From: an uncultured virus (IMG/VR IMGVR_UViG_2061766007_001450) | Taxonomy: Duplodnaviria; Heunggongvirae; Uroviricota; Caudoviricetes | DNA: 37,703 nucleotides | IMG/VR virus record: IMGVR_UViG_2061766007_001450 | Strand: one strand, 5' to 3' | Shown: positions 30,895 to 37,703 of the stretch, one piece after another | Layout: every line of letters starts with the position of its first letter | How positions within the stretch are numbered: position 1 is the stretch's first letter | Made by a program: the position numbers and the translations under genes | The notes under the pieces: model-generated | The model's input: only the letters and a program-made list of their open reading frames with translations | The model's database searches: none | What the model was told of the DNA's origin: nothing

Positions 30895-31155
30895 ATGAAA
30901 AAGATAAAAGAAATATTAAAGTCGATGCCGCGTGAAAAGGAGATGGAAGCACGCGAGAAAATCGGTGTTGCTATGTGGCCGAAAGCCACACCCTTGCAAC
31001 GTTGCATCAACTTGCAGAATATTATGACCGGCAGGACAATGCGCATCACCCCCGACGGCATCAAGATAATTGCATCAATCCTCGGTGTAACCCCAAATGA
31101 TATATTGGAGTGGGACGGCGAGAATGTTGCGCGCGAAACAGTTAAAACGGCTTAA
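30895..31155 (+). CDS. XRE/Cro-like HTH protein
   Basis: C-terminal IKIIASILGVTPNDILEW pattern typical of XRE-family HTH proteins. Confidence 0.6.
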   Translation: MKKIKEILKSMPREKEMEAREKIGVAMWPKATPLQRCINLQNIMTGRTMRITPDGIKIIASILGVTPNDILEWDGENVARETVKTA

Positions 31156-31157
31156 TT

Positions 31158-31619
31158 ATGGAAATACTGATTTTGGAATTAGCAAACGCAAAACCGCAGA
31201 GTGAAAGCGAATTAATTTCAACTGTCATTGCGGAGTGTTACGCGAAAATTGCGGCGGGAAAAATTATCCGTGGAGATGCTTTTACAGCGTACACAGATGA
31301 CGGCAACAAATACAAGATTAGCCTTGTATTTTATCGCAAGTCGCTGCAAAAATTGGAAGTATCAAAATCTCCAATGTTAATTCCAAATTTCGTGTTCCCA
31401 TTCCGGCTTACCGCTCCCGACTTCAAAAAGTTTTTCCGTTGTAGGGAAGATATGATAAAATTTTTGATGGAGTACGGCGATGGCATTGAATATGAACTCA
31501 CTACCACGTCAGAAACAATGCTTAACAACAAAGGCGTTTTGACACCCTTTAACATCAAGTACACCGCCGCCGATAACTCACTGATTGTTGACGGCAAAAA
31601 ATATCAGTTGGAAAAATGA
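31158..31619 (+). CDS. Hypothetical protein
   Basis: 153-aa ORF tightly coupled to both neighbours. Confidence 0.65.
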   Translation: MEILILELANAKPQSESELISTVIAECYAKIAAGKIIRGDAFTAYTDDGNKYKISLVFYRKSLQKLEVSKSPMLIPNFVFPFRLTAPDFKKFFRCREDMIKFLMEYGDGIEYELTTTSETMLNNKGVLTPFNIKYTAADNSLIVDGKKYQLEK

Positions 31620-32218
31620 AAGAGGAAAATATAATATTTTTTGACACCGAAACAACCGGCGTCATTCCAAGGGGCAAGGAAGAGCCATTAGTATATACTA
31701 ACGACTTCCCCCACGTGGTACAGTTGTCGTGGAAACTCGGCGACAAAGAGGGCGACTATATCATCAAGCCCGACGGCTTTACAATTCCCGATGCAGCCGC
31801 AGCCGTCCACGGCATCACCACTGACCGCGCAATAGCGGAAGGTGTGCCGTATCACGATGCTTTTATGGCGTTTTTCGCAGATGTGAAAGCATCAACGGCA
31901 CTTTGCGCACATAATGGCGCAGCCTTTGACATTCGCGTAATTGTTGCGGAGTACGTCAGAATGAGCAACGTAGAAAGGGCGAGCAAGTTTTGGGCATTCT
32001 TAAAATCTTTGCCGTTGTATGATACAATGACAGAGCCAACAATCATTAATTTTGTCGGCGCACGTTTCCGCGATGGCAAACCGGGCAAGTTCCCCCGATT
32101 AGAGGAGTTATACGCAAAACTTTTTAATGGCGAAAGTTTCCCCGCTCACAATTCGATGGAAGACGTGCGGGCATTGGCAAAATGTTTTTGGGAATGCAGA
32201 AATAGAGGATTTATTTAA
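31616..32218 (+). CDS. DEDDh 3'-5' exonuclease (DnaQ-like)
   Basis: ExoI FFDTETTG, ExoII AHNGAAFD, ExoIII AHNSMEDV; VHGIT motif. Confidence 0.9.
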   Translation: MKEENIIFFDTETTGVIPRGKEEPLVYTNDFPHVVQLSWKLGDKEGDYIIKPDGFTIPDAAAAVHGITTDRAIAEGVPYHDAFMAFFADVKASTALCAHNGAAFDIRVIVAEYVRMSNVERASKFWAFLKSLPLYDTMTEPTIINFVGARFRDGKPGKFPRLEELYAKLFNGESFPAHNSMEDVRALAKCFWECRNRGFI

Positions 32219-32243
32219 ACATTTAAAAATCAGCAACATACAC

Positions 32244-32285
32244 CGCCTATATACACGCCTATATGCTGTATATAGGCGTTTTTTT
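32244..32285 (+). terminator. Rho-independent terminator
   Basis: CGCCTATATACA...TGTATATAGGCG followed by T7. Confidence 0.75.
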
Positions 32286-32371
32286 ATTTTATATCTAAAC
32301 ATTTAAAAATCAGTACCTTACAAATTTTAACAATAAAAGTGCATTTTATTAACGTTTATTAACGCAAAATA

Positions 32372-32403
32372 TTTGCACCATACAAAAATTAATTGTAATT
32401 TTG
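32372..32403 (+). promoter_or_regulatory. Early promoter
   Basis: TTTG-CACCATACAAAAATTAATTG-TAATTTTG. Confidence 0.8.
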
Positions 32404-32448
32404 TAGTGTAATAAAAAACAAAACACTAACACATAAAACACAAAGAAA

Positions 32449-32718
32449 ATGGAAACTCTCAACTCAATGAAACAAGATTTGCAAGCCCTTGACGCAATGA
32501 GGGACGATTTGCAAAAGAAAATCACCCGCGCCGAACTCGAAATCAAGATGAATGAAATCGAAAGCGCAAAAATGGAAAATTGGCGCACGATGGCACACAT
32601 CAGGGAAACGCTTGGCGACACTCCCGAAGTAAGGGGCGTAATCAAGGGATTTGAAACAGTTAACACCAAACTCGACCGCGAATGGCGCAAAGTTTACGAT
32701 GAATTTTTCTATCTCTAA
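32449..32718 (+). CDS. Hypothetical coiled-coil early protein
   Basis: 89 aa directly after a promoter. Confidence 0.7.
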   Translation: METLNSMKQDLQALDAMRDDLQKKITRAELEIKMNEIESAKMENWRTMAHIRETLGDTPEVRGVIKGFETVNTKLDREWRKVYDEFFYL

Positions 32719-32905
32719 TAATAACCACGGCGGCGCGATAGCATCAAGCCGCCACAAAACACAAAGAANNNNNNNNNNNNNNNNNNNNNNNNNNNNNNNN
32801 NNNNNNNNNNNNNNNNNNNNNNNNNNNNNNNNNNNNNNNNNNNNNNNNNNNNNNNNNNNNNNNNNNNNNNNNNNNNNNNNNNNNNNNNNNNNNNNNNNNN
32901 NNNNN

Positions 32906-33736
32906 CGCAAAAATTTTGGCAGCAAAAGCCAAAATTGGCAAAATATCGAAAGACGGCAGCGCGGTTGTCGAAAAGACAAGCGGAAAAACAATTCAATACG
33001 CCACACTTCCGCAAGTGTTGGGCGCGGTCGTGCCGGTATTGGCAGAGTTGGGGCTTGACTATGTAGTCGCCCCCGTATGGAGCGAGACCGCCGTACAGTT
33101 GATGGCTCAAAATATGCGTATGTTCTCAATTCATTTCATTGACGTTGAGAGCGGCGAGCAGTCCGAGCCGATTGTCTATCCGTTCCGTATGGCTAACAAC
33201 TACGAGGCAATCAAAGGCGATGGCTCGACAATCACCTACGCAACAAGGTATTTGCTTGGATTGGCACTCGGTTTGCAGACCGAGGAAGACCCCGACAATC
33301 GTTTTCCCGAGCGCAAAGGCGGCAACAATCAGCAGCAACGCNNNNNNNNNNATACGCTACAAGGTATTTGCTTGGATTGGCCTTGGGCTTACAGACAGAG
33401 GAAGACCCCGACAATCGTTTCCCCGAGCGCAAAGGCGGCAACAATCAGCAGCAACGCGCCAACAATCAGCAACCGCAGCAACCGCAGCAGCCGAAAAAGC
33501 AAAGGACGTTCCGCGAGTGTGTAAATGGCTTTTACGCCACTTACAACAAAGGCGATTTGGACGGAGCAAGGCGCACCCTTGATTTTGTCCGCAAAAATTG
33601 GGGACGCGCCGAGGAGTGCGCGGCGGAAATCGCCGCAATGGAAAAACTTGATTTGACCGTATGGCAGCCGACCACGCAGTCCGACGCACCGCAGCAATCA
33701 ACACCCACGGACGCTAACAACACCGCGCCATTCTAA
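32906..33736 (+). CDS. erf: ERF-family single-strand annealing protein (start in gap; short duplicated allele across gap 33342-33351)
   Basis: YATLPQVL..V.PVL...GL and GSTITYATRY.L...LGL.TEEDPD ERF motifs; Gln-rich linker; C-terminal APF. Confidence 0.8.
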
Positions 33737-33790
33737 CCAACACTAACTAACAATCAACGGTGGGGCGGTACTCGCAGCCGCTCCGCCATT

Positions 33791-33806
33791 TGTTTCACGT
33801 GAAAAA
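33791..33806. promoter_or_regulatory. parS: parS-like palindrome
   Basis: TGTTTCACGTGAAAAA between a hairpin and ATG 33816. Confidence 0.75.
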
Positions 33807-33815
33807 TATGGAATT

Positions 33816-34289
33816 ATGGGCAAGATGTACGGTAATTTCAAAGACGGCATATTTTATCATTGTGCCGCCATTGACAAAGATTATACAAGCGAGGAATGGT
33901 ACAAGTATTGCGACGATACAAAATATTCCGATGCAATCGTGGCAACGTACTTTGGTTTTCAATGGAACGCCCACGACGTTTGCCGCAATCCTCACGTCCT
34001 TGATGTGCTAAATGTAAGTTACAATGACCATTTACAAATTAAGACAGCACAACGCAAAGACGGTCTTTGGGTTGTTGGTTACGACTATTGCAATATTGAA
34101 GTCGGTTCAGATGCTTGCGGTGGTGGCGGTTCAGGTTGTTGGTACGATGGAGAAACATTTTCGACAGAAGACAAGGCGATTATCGCACAATTGGAGTATT
34201 TCAAGGGTAAAAATTTGAAATCTAAATACAAAGACGCAATCAACAAGGCAATCTTCGACCGCAAATGCAAGCAATTAACATTATTTTAA
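33816..34289 (+). CDS. Hypothetical protein ending in QLTLF (sliding-clamp-binding-like motif)
   Basis: 157-aa ORF; C-terminal QLTLF matches QL[S/D]LF-type motif. Confidence 0.65.
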   Translation: MGKMYGNFKDGIFYHCAAIDKDYTSEEWYKYCDDTKYSDAIVATYFGFQWNAHDVCRNPHVLDVLNVSYNDHLQIKTAQRKDGLWVVGYDYCNIEVGSDACGGGGSGCWYDGETFSTEDKAIIAQLEYFKGKNLKSKYKDAINKAIFDRKCKQLTLF

Positions 34290-34530
34290 TTTTGTTAACT
34301 TGCAATCCTTGCAATATTTGCAAGAAATTGCTTATATTTGCAATGTTTTAGGATGGAATAAGACCGTTAGCCAATGCCAACGAGGTGGAGGTTTGCGGCG
34401 GCGGTCTTTTCACAGAAGATACAACGGCACGACTGCCATCGAGCCGACAAAATATTTTGCATTTGCAAACATTTAACGCCTTATGGTGTGCGTGGCAGCG
34501 CATACTGTAAGGCTTAAATTTTTTATTGTT

Positions 34531-34998
34531 ATGAAATACCATATCAGCATCAACCAAGCGCAAGCCGCAAAGATTTGTCCCGACCTTGACTTCAACGACC
34601 TTGCTATTTACGATTTTATCAAGTCTTTTGCGACTTCGGGAAATTGCACAACAATCTACGATGGCGGCAAGGTGTATTATTGGGTGTCCCACGCCGCAAT
34701 TATGGACGAACTTCCTTTGCTGCATATCAAGTCGAAAACGGGTATCATTGCGCGCATCAACAAACTTGTTTCCGCCGGTATCTTAGAGAAGTACATAAAA
34801 TGCTCCGATTTGGGGAAGTCTTTTTACACCTTTGGCAGCGGTGCGGCGATGTTGGAAACATCAACGCCCCCTACACAAAAAGACACCCCCCTACAAAAAA
34901 ATATAGACCCCCCTACAAAAATTTGTAGAGACCCCCTACAAAAAAATGCAGGGAATTATAATATAAATGATAATATAAATAAAGATAATAATAATGTA
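34531..34998 (+). CDS. Phage replication initiator (N-terminal winged HTH; C-terminus in gap)
   Basis: MKYHISINQ..LDFNDLAIYDFI..YYWVSH..I..ELPLL.IKSK.GI..RI.KLV..G.L pattern, followed by internal iterons and an AT-rich tract. Confidence 0.75.
34867..34998 (+). repeat. Putative replication origin: four CCCCCTACA(C/A)AAAA iterons plus AT-rich tract
   Basis: Repeats at about 34867, 34887, 34909 and 34932 (20-23 nt period), then AATTATAATATAAATGATAATATAAATAAAG. Confidence 0.75.
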
Positions 34999-35531
34999 NN
35001 NNNNNNNNNNNNNNNNNNNNNNNNNNNNNNNNNNNNNNNNNNNNNNNNNNNNNNNNNNNNNNNNNNNNNNNNNNNNNNNNNNNNNNNNNNNNNNNNNNNN
35101 NNNNNNNNNNNNNNNNNNNNNNNNNNNNNNNNNNNNNNNNNNNNNNNNNNNNNNNNNNNNNNNNNNNNNNNNNNNNNNNNNNNNNNNNNNNNNNNNNNNN
35201 NNNNNNNNNNNNNNNNNNNNNNNNNNNNNNNNNNNNNNNNNNNNNNNNNNNNNNNNNNNNNNNNNNNNNNNNNNNNNNNNNNNNNNNNNNNNNNNNNNNN
35301 NNNNNNNNNNNNNNNNNNNNNNNNNNNNNNNNNNNNNNNNNNNNNNNNNNNNNNNNNNNNNNNNNNNNNNNNNNNNNNNNNNNNNNNNNNNNNNNNNNNN
35401 NNNNNNNNNNNNNNNNNNNNNNNNNNNNNNNNNNNNNNNNNNNNNNNNNNNNNNNNNNNNNNNNNNNNNNNNNNNNNNNNNNNNNNNNNNNNNNNNNNNN
35501 NNNNNNNNNNNNNNNNNNNNNNNNNNNNNNN

Positions 35532-35724
35532 CGAGGAGCAAACGGGCATACACAAAGGAGATACCGTTGTCATCGACGGCATAAGGTATTTGTTTTGTGG
35601 GTTTGAGCATCGCGGATATAATCGCCCTTTTAAGGTGCGCAATTTCAATAAGGACGGCAAGCCGAGCAAGGTGGAGTCCTACATTTGTCGCTACAAAGAC
35701 ACAACGATTATAAAGTTTGTTTAA
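35532..35724 (+). CDS. C-terminal fragment of a hypothetical protein
   Basis: EEQTGIHKGDTVVIDG...NKDGKPSK; start lost in gap. Confidence 0.45.
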
Positions 35725-36039
35725 AATGGAAACGGCATTTGCAAATATAAACATCAAGGCACTTACAACGGTNNNNNNNNNNGTAATTTTGTATCGTTAA
35801 CAAAAAGGAACACTTAACACACTTTGCAAAGGGACGTAAACAGTCGTCAAAAAGGTGGAGATGCAATGGGCTTGGCACTTTGAACTTCGGGCTAACCACT
35901 TGAAAAAATAGGGCGGAAGAGAAACCAACGGTCTTTAAAACACGGCGCAACAATCTAAACGGCGCACCATCAGACGCGAAAGCGCACCATCAGACGCACG
36001 AATTTTGACGCGCCGTGTTGGAAAGACTAATAAAACGAA

Positions 36040-36055
36040 TGTTTCACGTAAAACA
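36040..36055. promoter_or_regulatory. parS: parS-like palindrome
   Basis: TGTTTCACGTAAAACA, 15/16, 10 nt before ATG 36066. Confidence 0.7.
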
Positions 36056-36065
36056 TCAATCGAAA

Positions 36066-36946
36066 ATGGAAACGGCATTTGCAAATATAAACATCAAGGC
36101 ACTTACAACGGTGCAGCCCGAGCAACCGCCCCGACAGTCGGCGGTGACAATCGCGCTGCAAAAGTTGGCGGACACCAACACCGCGCCGTTGAGCAATGTT
36201 GATGCCTTGATACTGACGGCTGCAAAAAATGCAACCATCGGAGAGATGCAGCCAACGGAAATCGCCGCATCCGTTAATCAATGTTTCCGATTTATAAGCA
36301 TTGATGTTGGGTACAAGCGANNNNNNNNNNGGTGCGCTTGGCGGACGTTCTTAAACGTCACTTTTACGACCTTACTATTGAGGACGTGAAAACAGCATTT
36401 GAATTACTGACAGTTGGCGACCTCGACAATTATTTGCCGACAAACAGCAGCGGAGAGCCTGACCGCAGTCACTATCAAAATCTCAATGCCGAGTATCTTT
36501 GCAAAGTGTTGAGGGCGTACAAAAAAAGGCGCGATGTTGCATATACCAACATCAAGGCAGCGCAGCCGAAACCGCAAAAGGCATTACCGCCGCAACCGAC
36601 CAAAACACCCGCAGAAAAAACGCGGGAATGTTACGACACTTACAAGGCAACAGGCAAACTTGTTTTTGTCATTCCGCCCGACGATGTAACGATTGCCAAC
36701 TTTTTGACAGAAAAAGGATTGATGGCGGCGGTAGTCGTAACAGATGCAGATAAAGAAAAAGCATTTGGAATTTATAAGGCGGAAAATGAACTCGGATTGC
36801 ATAACGACTATGCCGCCCGTTGGATTATCAGAGCGGGCAAAGATGCGCGAGAAATTCAACCAAAGGCGTATAAGTTAGCGTTAAATCGTTGCATCAAGGC
36901 GGCGTTTGACGGATTTGTTTCACGTGAAAAAACGAAAAATCAATGA
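36066..36946 (+). CDS. Hypothetical replication-region protein (spans gap 36321-36330; start duplicated at 35726-35772)
   Basis: METAFANINIKALTTV... continuing as RLADVLKRHFYDLTIEDVKTAFEL. Confidence 0.6.
36916..36931. promoter_or_regulatory. parS: parS-like palindrome in gene 3' end (FVSREK)
   Basis: TGTTTCACGTGAAAAA. Confidence 0.7.
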
Positions 36947-37647
36947 TACCGAAAACACTTCATTATATGTGGTTTGGCGGCAAACAAATGCCGTCAATAT
37001 GCAAAGAATGTATTGAAAGTTGGCACAAAGTATTGTCGGCTGATTGGTTATTCCAATTTTGGAATGAAGATAATTACGACATCGAAACAAAAAACAACTT
37101 TGTTTTGCAGGCGTATAGCAGCGGAAATTACGCTTTTGTTTCAGATTACGCACGTTGGGACATTTTGCACCGTCAAGGCGGTGTGTATGTAGATACCGAT
37201 GTTTTTATGTTAAAAGACATCACGCCACTTTTGCAGCATAAGGCGTTTGGAGGCCGCAACGGTCTCGGGCTATTCGCGTCGGGATTGATTTTAGGTGCAG
37301 AGCCTAATTTGCCGATATTCGCAGAAATGAAAGCGGAATACAATAAGCGTAATTTTCTGACGAAAGACGGCAAGCCAACATACGTCACAAACATAATGGT
37401 CGAAAATGAATTGTTGACGCGCCACAACTTGAAGCCCGATTTGGAGATTGCGCAAACCGTTGCAGACATCACAATCTACCCGACCGATTATTTTTGCCCA
37501 TTCTCTCCGGCAGATGGTACGCTGAAAACAACGGCAAACACATACGCGATACATCAGTTCACGGGTACGTGGATACCCGAGGGGCGCAAGGCGGCACAAG
37601 CGAAAGCCAATCCGAAATTGGCGGAGCATTACAAAAGAGTCAAATAA
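36943..37647 (+). CDS. GT32 / OCH1-like DXD glycosyltransferase
   Basis: MIPKTLHYMWFGG, WNEDN, YAFVSDYAR..IL...GGVYVDTDV, YFCP, TYAIHQFTGTW signature motifs. Confidence 0.9.
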   Translation: MIPKTLHYMWFGGKQMPSICKECIESWHKVLSADWLFQFWNEDNYDIETKNNFVLQAYSSGNYAFVSDYARWDILHRQGGVYVDTDVFMLKDITPLLQHKAFGGRNGLGLFASGLILGAEPNLPIFAEMKAEYNKRNFLTKDGKPTYVTNIMVENELLTRHNLKPDLEIAQTVADITIYPTDYFCPFSPADGTLKTTANTYAIHQFTGTWIPEGRKAAQAKANPKLAEHYKRVK

Positions 37648-37663
37648 TGTTTCACGTAAAACT
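37648..37663. promoter_or_regulatory. parS: parS-like palindrome (degenerate)
   Basis: TGTTTCACGTAAAACT between stop 37647 and next ATG 37671. Confidence 0.6.
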
Positions 37664-37703
37664 AAACACTATGCAGAAAAAACCCGTTTATAATGCCGAC
37701 GGT

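Noticed and set aside
31125..31140. Additional degenerate parS candidates (TGTTGCGCGCGAAACA here; half-site near 24508; ~14428)
   Set aside because: Three or more mismatches to the consensus, so not counted, although the 31125 site sits at a gene 3' end like the others.
1..37703. Stop-codon reassignment
   Set aside because: Long standard-code ORFs tile the sequence, and TAA, TGA and TAG all end genes at sensible junctions.

Overview
Gapped scaffold covering most of a Bacteroidota-infecting, long-tailed (siphovirus-like) dsDNA phage genome. It carries a virion module (tail tube-like protein, portal, scaffold, major capsid, head-tail proteins, tape measure, tail tip/fibre) and an early/replication module (DUF932, HTH, DEDDh exonuclease, ERF, replication initiator with iterons). 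It also carries two glycosyltransferase families. Host assignment rests on repeated TTTG-N20-TAnnTTTG Bacteroidota sigma-A promoters. From memory (unverified), the capsid and tube proteins resemble those of Bacteroides phages B40-8/B124-14. The scaffold is a mosaic of at least two related strains: diverged duplicate gene segments flank many 10-N gaps. The strongest unexplained signal is 21 near-consensus copies of the chromosomal parS palindrome (TGTTTCACGTGAAACA) across the whole window, with no parA/parB gene visible. They lie at gene junctions, inside ORFs (as V-S-R-E), and in two cases within the -33/-7 spacer of a structural-gene promoter. This suggests co-option of host ParB. Other notable items are a 266-aa DUF285/BspA-like LRR cassette fused to two different virion proteins, a conserved leader hairpin before the major structural genes, and a kissing-loop pair in the replication-initiator leader. 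No terminase, endolysin or integrase is recognisable in the sequenced part.
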